Assembly: GCA_048884785.1 (NCBI GenBank) | Contig: JBHLQM010000005.1 | Span: 25,333-89,332 of the forward strand | Reading direction: 5' to 3' | DNA length: 64,000 nt | Origin: Candidatus Thorarchaeota archaeon | GTDB taxonomy: Archaea; Asgardarchaeota; Thorarchaeia; Thorarchaeales; Thorarchaeaceae | In this document: positions 29,461-39,124 of the stretch, in pieces | Layout of the letters: each line of letters opens with the position of its first letter | How positions within the stretch are numbered: the first letter of the stretch is position 1 | Program-made: the position numbers and the translations under genes | The notes under the pieces: generated by a model | Databases searched by the model: none | Seen by the model: only the letters and a program-made list of their open reading frames with translations | Told to the model about the DNA's origin: nothing

Positions 29461-29871
29461 ATGCACGAACTGCGTGAGTTTGAGGCTGAAGTAAGAATTG
29501 CCAAACGAGAACTGAAAGAAGTCTACTATACAACTCGTGATGAGAGCATCAAGGCAGATGCCAAGGAACTTGTAGCCTACACCATTACCATTCAGAGATC
29601 AATTAAGAAACTTGTTGAGCTTCGAAGACAAACCAGAGCCGCAGGAATTGTGCTAAATGATCAAAAGGCCAAACTCACCCTTGGAAAATGGAAAACTGGA
29701 CTAACAAAGCGTGTGAAAGAATACAAGAAGAAGAATCGGAAGTTGAAACATGAGCATCTATCCAGGTACAAAGATGTGCTTCTTCAATATATTCAATCTA
29801 TTGCAAACGAATTGAATGATTGGATTATTGATATTGATACTATGTCAGAGATACCAAAACCTCCGGAATGA
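29461..29871 (+). CDS. Hypothetical all-helical charged protein
   Basis: 136-aa ORF, amphipathic helices, no motif recognised. Confidence 0.65.
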   Translation: MHELREFEAEVRIAKRELKEVYYTTRDESIKADAKELVAYTITIQRSIKKLVELRRQTRAAGIVLNDQKAKLTLGKWKTGLTKRVKEYKKKNRKLKHEHLSRYKDVLLQYIQSIANELNDWIIDIDTMSEIPKPPE

Positions 29872-29873
29872 AA

Positions 29874-30959
29874 CTAGTACCGAAGGCGTGCGGCTATCCC
29901 GCCGAATGATCTAAGCTGTGCACCTGATTCCGTTTGACTTGAAAATATCATTAGATTCGTCCCAAATGTAGTGATCTCATCATACAGATCTTCGATTAAT
30001 TCATCCTTGTCTTCAACTACCATCAGAGTCTGTACACGTCCTTCTCTGAGTGCATTAAGTACTTCCTTTTCACCATAAGTAACTGTATTCAGACCTTTCA
30101 TAACATCAGATATGAATGAGTCCCATTGCTGTCGCTCAGCGTAAATCTCGGTTTCTTTCAATACACGAGAGGCTTCTTTCATCGCTTGGAAAAGACCTGT
30201 TTCATCAATTATGCCAACTGGAATAATGGTTTCAGCAATCTTCTCCTTTATCCGGTAATCAATATCGCCCTTATCGAGGAACTCCAGACATCTAATGGTA
30301 TTTCCTCCTAGAACAATTGCATCAATATTGGCTAGATTATCAAGAAGGAGTTCTGATAGTTTTCGTCCGACATACTTGAAGAATTCCTGCATTTTTTCTT
30401 CTCTGATTCTAAGGTACCTTTTGGCACTCTGACCTCCAGCTCTGGTTTTCCCTATAATGTAGAAATCCTCATCAAGAACCATTTCCATGTGTTTACCTCG
30501 AAGGTAACCAATTGTCACTTTTCCACCCTCGATTAATACAATAACAATAAGGCTCTTGGGAAGTGTCATACCCTCCAGCTCTTCAGTAATGAATTCCCTT
30601 CCGCAGAGATAGATGAACTGAGAAACCGGTGCAGGTGGGATAACAATCTCCCGAATTTCATTGTAGGTACCTCCTTCCTCCTCGAATCCAAAAAAGAAGG
30701 CAAGACCATTTGGGGGGAGATTATTGATCTTGGTTAGCTCACTTAGAATTGCCGTCAAGTTATCCTGAACGTTCTTTCTGTTTGTCTTACTTTTTATGTT
30801 ATCAGCTCCAGCCAGCTCAGTTCGAACGAAGCTTACGACTTCAGTTAGATTCTTTGTTGGTGGAACATAAAGTGTAGTAAATGAACTATGCCGTCCCTGA
30901 TACGCCTTGAGCTGTTGTACCTTTTTCCGTAATCTTTGACGCTCAGCGGACATATTCAT
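29874..30959 (-). CDS. prf1: Archaeal peptide chain release factor 1 (aRF1/eRF1)
   Basis: NIKS, YLCGREF (YxCxxxF) and GGQS motifs. Confidence 0.92.
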   Translation of the reverse strand: MNMSAERQRLRKKVQQLKAYQGRHSSFTTLYVPPTKNLTEVVSFVRTELAGADNIKSKTNRKNVQDNLTAILSELTKINNLPPNGLAFFFGFEEEGGTYNEIREIVIPPAPVSQFIYLCGREFITEELEGMTLPKSLIVIVLIEGGKVTIGYLRGKHMEMVLDEDFYIIGKTRAGGQSAKRYLRIREEKMQEFFKYVGRKLSELLLDNLANIDAIVLGGNTIRCLEFLDKGDIDYRIKEKIAETIIPVGIIDETGLFQAMKEASRVLKETEIYAERQQWDSFISDVMKGLNTVTYGEKEVLNALREGRVQTLMVVEDKDELIEDLYDEITTFGTNLMIFSSQTESGAQLRSFGGIAARLRY

Positions 30960-31258
30960 ACACCTTTAGTCATGTGGTTTCAATGGATGTCACCAAGAAC
31001 AAGTAGTTGCCCGGCAACTGTACAACCAAACACCAATGCGGATTGTATTTTAACATTGTGTCACGGACATCTTACCCTTTCAATAAATAAAGAGTAACCT
31101 TAAAATGCCAATAAGAAACAGAACAGATTAAGGTGAATTTGGAATGTGGTTATGCCAATTTCGTCACGCCCTCTAAGGGCTTCACTCTTTGATGGATATA
31201 GTCAGAATCATATCAAACATTCCAATCATCATTTTGCAGCAGGAGTTCTGAACAGACA

Positions 31259-32770
31259 ATGACTGAGCAACAGTTGACGTCAGGAGAGAGATTAGTTCTA
31301 ATTGAGCTAATCAAGACCGACACAAAGATTACTGCTACTCATCTTTCCAACATGCTCAACGAAAACACGGAACGTGTGATTTCTATTCTCAATGCATTGG
31401 CGGAAAGGTCTTTAGTTAGGCTTGAAACGATTGAGAATGTATCTCTCCAGCTGACGGAAGAGGGGAAAGACTATGCAATGAATTGGCTTCCTGAAGTTCG
31501 TTTGTTCGGTGCGGTTCAGGAGCTTGGTGGAAAGGCCATACTTGAGGATGCTGTTAAAAAATCGGGTATGGATTCCAAAGCAAAGGGTATAGCAATCATT
31601 TGGGCTCGCAAGAATGGATGGTTGGAAATAACAAAGGACCAAGGAAATACATTACTAGAATCCAAGGTTAATGAAGCAGACTCTCCGGTCATGAGAGTAT
31701 TGAAGAGAATAAGCGATGGAGAAGAAAGGCTTCCTGAGCATCTTGCTGACGCTGTAAAGGTTGCAGTTCAACGTAACTTGATCTCTGAAGCGATAGCAAA
31801 GGAGTTTGAAGCTTCTATTATTCCAGAAGAGAAGGAAAGGGCGAAGCATCTATTATCTGAAGAAAATGTCGGTGTAATTGATTTGACTCCAGAAATGTTG
31901 GTGTCAGGAACGTGGAAGAGTACTACATTCAGATCATTCAATGTTAGTTCTGATCCACCTTATGTCTACTATGGCAGAAAGCATCCATATGCCGAGTTTA
32001 GCGACTGGCTTAAGGAGATTCTAGTTGGGCTTGGATTCACAGAATGGTTTGGCCCCTATGTTGAAACTGAGTTTTGGAATAATGATGCATTATTTGTACC
32101 TCAAGACCATGTTGCAAGAGAAGTACAGGACCAGTTTCAAGTAGTGAAACCATATGACCATGGAGGCATTTTGGATGACAAGTACTTCAACGAGGTAAAG
32201 AGTGTTCATGAGAATGGAGGGACAACAGGTTCAACTGGATGGGAAGCTCCATTCAGCCGAGAGGTTTCTTCAAGACTAGTTCTCAGAGCTCACACTACTC
32301 CTGTATCAATGAGATACCTTGCAGAACATCGTGAACCGCCTCAAAAGATGTTCATCATTGATCGCAACTTCAGATCAGAATCTCTGAGTGCAAGTCATGC
32401 AATGGAGTTTGATCAGTGTGAGGGAATCATCATGGACAAGGGATTAACACTGAGAGACCTCATGGGCTATATTTCAGAGATTGTGAGAGCGGTGGGAATT
32501 ACAAAGATTAAATTCAAACCAGGGCAATTTCCATTCACTGAACCTAGTGTTGAGTGCTTCGCAAAGCATGATTTGTTGGGTTGGATTGAGGTCGCTCCTG
32601 GTGGGATATTCAGGCCAGAGGTTACATATCCACTCGGGATAAAAGACACAGTGCTTGCTTGGGGTATCGGTTCAGGCCGCCTTTACATGGCGTCAATGGG
32701 AATCAACGACATCCGTGAACTACATTCTCGCGATCTAGCGTGGATACGCAGGAAATACTTTGTGAGGTGA
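31259..32770 (+). CDS. pheS: Phenylalanine--tRNA ligase alpha subunit
   Basis: LPEVRL, FWNNDALFVPQDHVARE, HTT, FPFTEPS, FRPEV. Confidence 0.97.
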   Translation: MTEQQLTSGERLVLIELIKTDTKITATHLSNMLNENTERVISILNALAERSLVRLETIENVSLQLTEEGKDYAMNWLPEVRLFGAVQELGGKAILEDAVKKSGMDSKAKGIAIIWARKNGWLEITKDQGNTLLESKVNEADSPVMRVLKRISDGEERLPEHLADAVKVAVQRNLISEAIAKEFEASIIPEEKERAKHLLSEENVGVIDLTPEMLVSGTWKSTTFRSFNVSSDPPYVYYGRKHPYAEFSDWLKEILVGLGFTEWFGPYVETEFWNNDALFVPQDHVAREVQDQFQVVKPYDHGGILDDKYFNEVKSVHENGGTTGSTGWEAPFSREVSSRLVLRAHTTPVSMRYLAEHREPPQKMFIIDRNFRSESLSASHAMEFDQCEGIIMDKGLTLRDLMGYISEIVRAVGITKIKFKPGQFPFTEPSVECFAKHDLLGWIEVAPGGIFRPEVTYPLGIKDTVLAWGIGSGRLYMASMGINDIRELHSRDLAWIRRKYFVR

Positions 32771-32775
32771 GATAA

Positions 32776-34437
32776 TTGATAGTTGAATGTAGAATTGATG
32801 CCTTGATGAGTCTAATCGGGAAGAAACTCACCATAAAACAGCTAGAGGACACACTCTTCCTTCTAAAAGCAGAAGTTGAACGATGTGAAGGAAATGATAT
32901 CCTGATTGAAATAAATCCTGATAGGCAAGACATGCTGTCAGCAGAAGGAATAGCACGAACCGTTAGAGCGTTCATTGGGATAAAGAAAAGTCTTCCAGTA
33001 TTTCCCGTAAGAAAATCAAAGAAGAAGGTGATAGTAGGGAAAGGCCTGGAGAAGATAAGAAAATACATCTCTTGCGGGATTGTCAAGGGTATAGAAATCA
33101 ATGATGATCTCTTGAAGGACTATATGCATCTTCAAGAAGCACTAACTTCTACGCATGGACGCAACCGAAAGAAAGCAAGCATCGGACTATACCTGCTCGA
33201 GGGGCTTCAGTTTCCGGTAAAGTACTATGTTGAGAAGCCAGAGAATATTCGCTTTGTTCCACTTGGATATGAGGACATAATGGATGGCCCTGCAATACTT
33301 CAGAAGCATGAGAAGGGGATAGAATTTGGCGCAATAATCGCAGAGTTCAAGAAATGGCCCCTATTGGTTGACTCAGCAAATCAAGTTCTAAGCTTACCTC
33401 CAATTATTAATAGCAATGATTTGGGCAGGCTAACGGTTGACACCAAAGATGTGTTTGTTGAGGTAACAGGAACACATCAGCCAACAGTAGACCAAGCCCT
33501 TAATATCATGGTCACATCTCTCGCAGAACGAGGGGGCGAATTGGAATCCGTGACCATTGAATATCCGGATGGCACGGTTCAGGAAACTCCAAAGCTGAAG
33601 CCAAAGGTACTCAAGGTACCCAAGAAAGACATTTCGAATCTCACGGGTCTGGAATTGGGAGATTCAGATATCATTGAGAGCCTTGAGAAGATGTGCTATG
33701 GTGCTAGAATTGTTGGCAATTCTGTGGCCGTCGAGATACCACAGTATCGTACTGACATTCTCCATCCAGTGGATATAATTGAGGACATCAGTATTGGCTA
33801 TGGGTTTGATCGAATCGAGCCAACATGGCCAACAACCATGACCATAGGGAAACTCCTTCCACTCACTCGACTCAAGAGAAAAGCTAGGGATTTAATGGTT
33901 GGACTTGGGTATCAGGAAATTCTCAGCTATATCATGTCATCACCTGAGATGTTGAATACGAAAATGCTCCGCAAAGAAGAATTGGTCATGACTGGAAATC
34001 CAAAAAGCAGGGATTATTCAGTTCTCCGAAATTCATTACTGCCGATACTTCTCGATTTCACGTCTCAAAATCAACATGTTGATCTGCCACACAAGGTTTT
34101 CGAAGTGGGCGATGTGGTGGTACCAAATGCAAGCACAGAAACGCGAACAAACCAAGTGGCAAGTGTATGTGGTCTCTGGACAGATGTCAGAGTGAATCTA
34201 ACAAACCTAATTGCTGAGATAGGCTTCCTACTGAGAGGAATGAATCTTGATGGTAGATTCAAGTTTCTGACAGCAACAAATCCAAGTTTCATCACTGGAA
34301 GATGTGCTACCATTTTGGTGGATGACAGTGAGATTGGAGTCTTCGGTGAAATCTCACCAGAGGTCCTATCTGCATTCGAAATAGGCACTCCAGTAGTTGC
34401 ATTTGAATTGAGTCTTCCGATGGAAGGAAAGTGGTAA
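32776..34437 (+). CDS. pheT: Phenylalanine--tRNA ligase beta subunit
   Basis: NPDRQDMLSAEGIAR, RNRKKASIG, SLPPIINS, YRTDILHPVDIIED. Confidence 0.97.
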   Translation: MIVECRIDALMSLIGKKLTIKQLEDTLFLLKAEVERCEGNDILIEINPDRQDMLSAEGIARTVRAFIGIKKSLPVFPVRKSKKKVIVGKGLEKIRKYISCGIVKGIEINDDLLKDYMHLQEALTSTHGRNRKKASIGLYLLEGLQFPVKYYVEKPENIRFVPLGYEDIMDGPAILQKHEKGIEFGAIIAEFKKWPLLVDSANQVLSLPPIINSNDLGRLTVDTKDVFVEVTGTHQPTVDQALNIMVTSLAERGGELESVTIEYPDGTVQETPKLKPKVLKVPKKDISNLTGLELGDSDIIESLEKMCYGARIVGNSVAVEIPQYRTDILHPVDIIEDISIGYGFDRIEPTWPTTMTIGKLLPLTRLKRKARDLMVGLGYQEILSYIMSSPEMLNTKMLRKEELVMTGNPKSRDYSVLRNSLLPILLDFTSQNQHVDLPHKVFEVGDVVVPNASTETRTNQVASVCGLWTDVRVNLTNLIAEIGFLLRGMNLDGRFKFLTATNPSFITGRCATILVDDSEIGVFGEISPEVLSAFEIGTPVVAFELSLPMEGKW

Positions 34438-34577
34438 GAAATAGCAGATAAAAAAGTAAAAACTGTTCTCTTTTGAATCCTGAATGCGGGCTTTCTGTAA
34501 ACGGGTTAGAGCGCAGAAGACATATAAGAAATGGGGGAATTTGAAGCCCCTAGTGCCAAGTTCCATGAGGTATTTGT

Positions 34578-35162
34578 GTGATGAATGAAAGAACTACTGA
34601 TGCCGAGAGCTTTGATGGGTTCAAATTCAGGGTAGTTCTTCTTGGAGAAGCAACAGTTGGAAAAACATCACTCCTCCGACGGTTCACTGAAAATACCTTT
34701 GACGAGGAATACAAGCAGACTATTGGCACAACATTTGCCTCAAAAGATGTCGAAATCACTGACGACGAAGGCACCAAGCGAGTTGTGAGATTAGTTATTT
34801 GGGATATGGGCGGTCAAGCAACATACAAAGAACTCCGACGTCAATACATGAAAGGAGCTGCAGCCGCGATTATTGTATATGATGTAACTCAACCGGAATC
34901 ATTTATGGCTATGAATACATGGTATGAGTCGTTTAGAGAAGTTTGTCCCTCCGCAATGGCGGTCATTTGTGCAAACAAGATAGATCTTACTGAAAAGCGA
35001 ATGGTTCCTGTTGAACCAGGAACGATGCTACGAGACTGGTTCCAAGCAGCATACTATGAGACTTCAGCTAAAACCGGTGACAGTGTATACGAGGTGTTCA
35101 TTAGAGTGGCAGAAGAAGTGTTTAGGAGTCGGATTCCAGATTCTGGTGTGCCACAGATGTAA
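34578..35162 (+). CDS. Rab-like Ras-superfamily small GTPase
   Basis: GEATVGKT, YKQTIG, WDMGGQ, NKID, ETSAK; no C-terminal Cys. Confidence 0.93.
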   Translation: MMNERTTDAESFDGFKFRVVLLGEATVGKTSLLRRFTENTFDEEYKQTIGTTFASKDVEITDDEGTKRVVRLVIWDMGGQATYKELRRQYMKGAAAAIIVYDVTQPESFMAMNTWYESFREVCPSAMAVICANKIDLTEKRMVPVEPGTMLRDWFQAAYYETSAKTGDSVYEVFIRVAEEVFRSRIPDSGVPQM

Positions 35163-35204
35163 TTATGTTCATCTATTACAATTGACATAGGAGAGAATCA
35201 AGAA

Positions 35205-35609
35205 GTGATAGTTAGAGACTTCATGACATCGATGATTGTGACCGCAGAATCAGATGCATTAGTTAGTGAAGCTGCAAAGATTATGGCAGTAGAAAATGTA
35301 GGCAGCTTGATAATTACCAGAAACGAAGTTCTTGCAGGAATAGTAACACGGAGAGAGCTTGTAGCATCCCAACTCCTATCAGATGAGATCTATCATTCGC
35401 TCACACTTGAAGACATTATGATTTCCCCTGTGGTATCAGTCCAACCTGAAGCTGATCTTGGACAGGTTGTTGCACTCATGAATCAATCCGGAAGAATGCA
35501 TTTGCCAGTAATAGAAGGGGATGATATTATTGGGATTGTTTCTGCGTCAGATATAATTCGCGTTCTTGCGACTGTAAAACTAATTGCTGAAGGCTCAAGT
35601 TCGGAATAG
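35205..35609 (+). CDS. CBS-pair domain protein
   Basis: VRDFMT...GIVTRRE...EDIMISPV...LPVI...GIVSASDI. Confidence 0.92.
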   Translation: MIVRDFMTSMIVTAESDALVSEAAKIMAVENVGSLIITRNEVLAGIVTRRELVASQLLSDEIYHSLTLEDIMISPVVSVQPEADLGQVVALMNQSGRMHLPVIEGDDIIGIVSASDIIRVLATVKLIAEGSSSE

Positions 35610-35611
35610 CA

Positions 35612-36334
35612 CTAAGCAGGTCGATATTTCTGGATCTCTTCTTTTAGTTCTTTCTTAAGTTTAAGTATGTCTTTCGCTTGTAGCTCATGTCGTTTTGAAT
35701 ATGTGCTCACAATTCCAGCCCATTTGTCAATCTTCACCATTATTTGGTCAGAAGGTACGATTTTCATAATCTCATCCTTTGACCCTGCCATTACATCAAG
35801 TACGTCCCCTGCTTTGCAGCCCATCTTTAGTGAGTCCAAAATAATGTCCAACTGATCTGCAACTTTCATTGACCGATCAGGAGAGAGTGTAGAACTTGCA
35901 GATACAGCAGGGGCACTATCAGCAACTTGAGTGGCGGCTCCCCTCACAGGCATTTCTGGAGCTACCATACTGATACCCTGCAACTGAGCGTCAAACTCAT
36001 CTTTCAATTCATAGATTGCTCCCAGCAATTGCTCTAGGATACTGCCCAGCTCAGCTTTCATGATATGGGACACGTCATCTGTTGAGAGACCTCCTCCACC
36101 TGATGGCAGATTGCTCATAATATCAACAAGATCCTGCTTTGTTACGCCGATTCCAGCTGCAGAAGGTTGAGGAATGCTCTTTATGGAGTCTAAAAGTTCC
36201 TCTTTCACTATCCTGATGTCGCTCTTTAGCTCGGTCACATTGCCAAGGATAGTAATCATCCGCATTAGTGTTTCACCCAGGCCATCTACCTTCTTTTCTA
36301 GCTTATTTAGACGATTTAGGAACTCTTCTGCCAT
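35612..36334 (-). CDS. Coiled-coil protein with putative Vps28 C-terminal-like four-helix bundle
   Basis: N-terminal heptads, low-complexity linker, then ILDSLKMGCKAGDVL...KIDKW...S..S...EL...I, resembling Vps28-CTD as recalled from memory. Confidence 0.5.
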   Translation of the reverse strand: MAEEFLNRLNKLEKKVDGLGETLMRMITILGNVTELKSDIRIVKEELLDSIKSIPQPSAAGIGVTKQDLVDIMSNLPSGGGGLSTDDVSHIMKAELGSILEQLLGAIYELKDEFDAQLQGISMVAPEMPVRGAATQVADSAPAVSASSTLSPDRSMKVADQLDIILDSLKMGCKAGDVLDVMAGSKDEIMKIVPSDQIMVKIDKWAGIVSTYSKRHELQAKDILKLKKELKEEIQKYRPA

Positions 36335-36534
36335 GTCGGTTACACTCCATATTCACTTGTGAAATGCAATTGGTCCAGAAAAGGGTTTGGCTGATATAAT
36401 CGAATGCGTGCAAGTAAAGTCTAAAACGGGTTTTTTCTCCTCAAACATAATACATGGTAATATACACCTAAGGAATTTCCCATATTCCTTAAATCCAAAA
36501 GATGGTGTTTTACCTATTGCAGAGGGTATCCCAG

Positions 36535-37125
36535 ATGTCTGCTGACTCTATATCTCATATGTTTAAACTGGTGGCTCTGGGTGATGGAGCTGTTGGGAAA
36601 ACCAGTTGTATTAAGAGATATACAGAGGGGAGCTTCAGTGACCGCTATATTATGACAATTGGAACAACCTTTGCACTCAAAACTGTTCATGTTGAAAATC
36701 CGGGATCAGACCCTCTAACAGCAAGAATTGTTCTGTGGGACCTTGCGGGGCAACCAACATACAACGAGCTACGCCGACGGTATATGGCTGGCGCAGCTAT
36801 GGCAATAATTGTCTACGATGTGACTCGTCCTCAAACATTTCTTGATGTTGGAGAGTGGTTTACAAAACTGATCACAGTATGTCCTAATGCTGTAGTAGCT
36901 GTTGTCGCAAATAAGATTGACCGATCTGATAGATTGGTCCCACCTGAAGCTGGCGAGATGATTAAGAAGTGGCTGGATGTAGACCATTACGAAACATCGG
37001 CAAAGACCGGAGAGAACATCGATATCATGTTCGCCACTCTCGTATCAAAGGCAATACAGAAGCAGAAGGAACTGGGGCCAATTGATACAACGGGTTCAGA
37101 TACTCAACCTCACAAAATGATTTGA
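36535..37125 (+). CDS. Rab-like Ras-superfamily small GTPase (paralog of 34578-35162)
   Basis: GDGAVGKT, YIMTIG, WDLAGQ, NKID, ETSAK; GAGGGT upstream of ATG at 36535. Confidence 0.93.
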   Translation: MSADSISHMFKLVALGDGAVGKTSCIKRYTEGSFSDRYIMTIGTTFALKTVHVENPGSDPLTARIVLWDLAGQPTYNELRRRYMAGAAMAIIVYDVTRPQTFLDVGEWFTKLITVCPNAVVAVVANKIDRSDRLVPPEAGEMIKKWLDVDHYETSAKTGENIDIMFATLVSKAIQKQKELGPIDTTGSDTQPHKMI

Positions 37126-37185
37126 GTTGCCCCCAATTGCACAGAATCCTTTTTACGTAGTATATATTGGAAAAGAGGGGATACA

Positions 37186-37725
37186 ATGCCAGAGAAGAGA
37201 AGAATCTTCAGGGGTTTGATTGGACATATTGCTCTGTTAGTTCTTAGCTTTCTTGTATTACTGGGAATAGTAGAGAGCTTTCAAATATTCACCTTCGACC
37301 TTCCCATACTGAACTTGCTTGTTCTCGGCTACATGCTAATTCATACTACACTCCTGCTATCTGTACAGCTTGGCATCCAGATATTGGAGCTAATTCGAAT
37401 GAGAATGCCAACATTACTTATCAGCTATTATTTTCAGCTAGATGATTCTCAAACAATTCCAATTCAATTGCTAGATCCCACGAAGAGCAGACTTGCTGTT
37501 ATGATTCTCTTTCTTGTTGTAACAGGTGGACCAGTGCTCTTCCCTATTTTTGCAGTATATGGATTTCTACTGCTATATTCATTCCTAACAGTAGTTCCTA
37601 TCGATGTGGGAACGTTGCTTTATTATTTTGGCTACTTCTTCCTTAACTGGACACCGCCTATTCTGGCACTTATAGTCGGTATAATTATTCTCTCGATTGT
37701 AATTGTGGAATTCAAGCATCTCTAG
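37186..37725 (+). CDS. Hypothetical polytopic membrane protein
   Basis: 179 aa with four to five hydrophobic segments. Confidence 0.7.
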   Translation: MPEKRRIFRGLIGHIALLVLSFLVLLGIVESFQIFTFDLPILNLLVLGYMLIHTTLLLSVQLGIQILELIRMRMPTLLISYYFQLDDSQTIPIQLLDPTKSRLAVMILFLVVTGGPVLFPIFAVYGFLLLYSFLTVVPIDVGTLLYYFGYFFLNWTPPILALIVGIIILSIVIVEFKHL

Positions 37726-39010
37726 AGGGAAGTAGACTTCCCGGGGCAAAAAGCGTATCTTTCCTATCTGGGCCAAGAGAGAGAATCGATATTCTGCAGT
37801 TTGCTGACTGTTCAATGAAGGCAAGATATTCTCTTAATGCTCCAGGTAAATTATCATATGATTCCTTGGGGTCAAATGAAAAGTTATCCCATCCGGGCAT
37901 CTCTTCATAGATAGGTTTCACTCTTGAGTATTCAGATGCCGAAGCAGGGATACTTCTCATTTCATCTCCATCTAGCTCATATTTGATGCATACCTTCAAT
38001 GTCTCAAAATCATTCAGCACATCTAGTTTTGTTATTGCTATGAAAGCAGCTCCGTTGATTCGCACAGCATACTTCAATGCAACAGCGTCTAGCCAGCCAC
38101 ATCTTCTCGGTCTGCCTGTGACGGTCCCGAATTCTCCCCCCTGATTCCGAATCCTCTCACCTATTGTATCAAACAGCTCTGTCGGAAAAGGGCCAGTTCC
38201 CACTCTTGTCGTGTATGATTTGCATATGCCGAGAACAGACTTAATGTGCAGGGGGGAAATGCCAGTTCCAGTTGCTGCGGCAGCTGACATGCAGTTGGAG
38301 CTAGTGACAAAGGGATAGGTTCCATGGTCAACGTCGAGCAGTGCTCCTTGCGCCCCTTCGAAAAGGACTCTATTTCCTCTGGAAATCGACTCTTCTAGAA
38401 AATCTCCAGAGTCGCCCACATAAGGCTGAAGCTTCATCATGAGATTTCTATAGTAACTGAATTGAACGGGAGTCGCCAATTTAGAACCAGATAGCTGTTC
38501 AATTCTTGAAATGGACGCATCTTGAAGTTGCTGCCATTGCGAAGTATCCCCACTGAAAAAATCACAGACTCGAATCCCTAGACGAGAAGCCTTGTCTGAA
38601 TAGGCGGGTCCGATGCCACGTCCTGTTGTTCCTACCTTTTTGCCGCCTTTTGAAGCCTCTTGGAGGCGGTCCATTTGTATCTGGTACTCTGTAATTACAT
38701 GAGCTCGGTCGCTGATGAGTAGCTTGACTTCAATCCCCGCCGCTCTTAGCCTATTGATTTCATCCAACAGAACAACTGGATCAATAACTACACCATTACC
38801 TATGACCACCTGCTTTCCTCGTATGGACCCAGCTGGCATTATGCGAAATTTGTAGACATCTTCACCAACGACAACTGTATGTCCCGCGTTGCTGCCGCCT
38901 TGAAAGCGCACTATAATGTCGAAAAACTCTGACAAGTAGTCTACAATCTTTCCCTTTCCCTCATCACCCCATTGAAGTCCGACAACAACAAGATTTTGCA
39001 TCCTATTCAC
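37712..39010 (-). CDS. purA: Adenylosuccinate synthetase
   Basis: QWGDEGKGK, GSNAGHT, EGAQG, TRVG.GPFPTE, TGRPRRCGWLD. Confidence 0.98.
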   Translation of the reverse strand: MNRMQNLVVVGLQWGDEGKGKIVDYLSEFFDIIVRFQGGSNAGHTVVVGEDVYKFRIMPAGSIRGKQVVIGNGVVIDPVVLLDEINRLRAAGIEVKLLISDRAHVITEYQIQMDRLQEASKGGKKVGTTGRGIGPAYSDKASRLGIRVCDFFSGDTSQWQQLQDASISRIEQLSGSKLATPVQFSYYRNLMMKLQPYVGDSGDFLEESISRGNRVLFEGAQGALLDVDHGTYPFVTSSNCMSAAAATGTGISPLHIKSVLGICKSYTTRVGTGPFPTELFDTIGERIRNQGGEFGTVTGRPRRCGWLDAVALKYAVRINGAAFIAITKLDVLNDFETLKVCIKYELDGDEMRSIPASASEYSRVKPIYEEMPGWDNFSFDPKESYDNLPGALREYLAFIEQSANCRISILSLGPDRKDTLFAPGSLLPSRDA

Positions 39011-39124
39011 GGCTCGAGGGAAAATTTCCCTCTAGATAATCATTGTGACTACTCGAACTAGGCGATTTGCTAGTGGTGACGCTTGAATTTATAACTAGTT
39101 TAACATCTCATTCAGCGAGTTACC

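Noticed and set aside
28503-29871. CRISPR-Cas locus suggested by the Cas4-like gene
   Set aside because: No repeat-spacer array and no cas1, cas2 or effector genes seen in the window.
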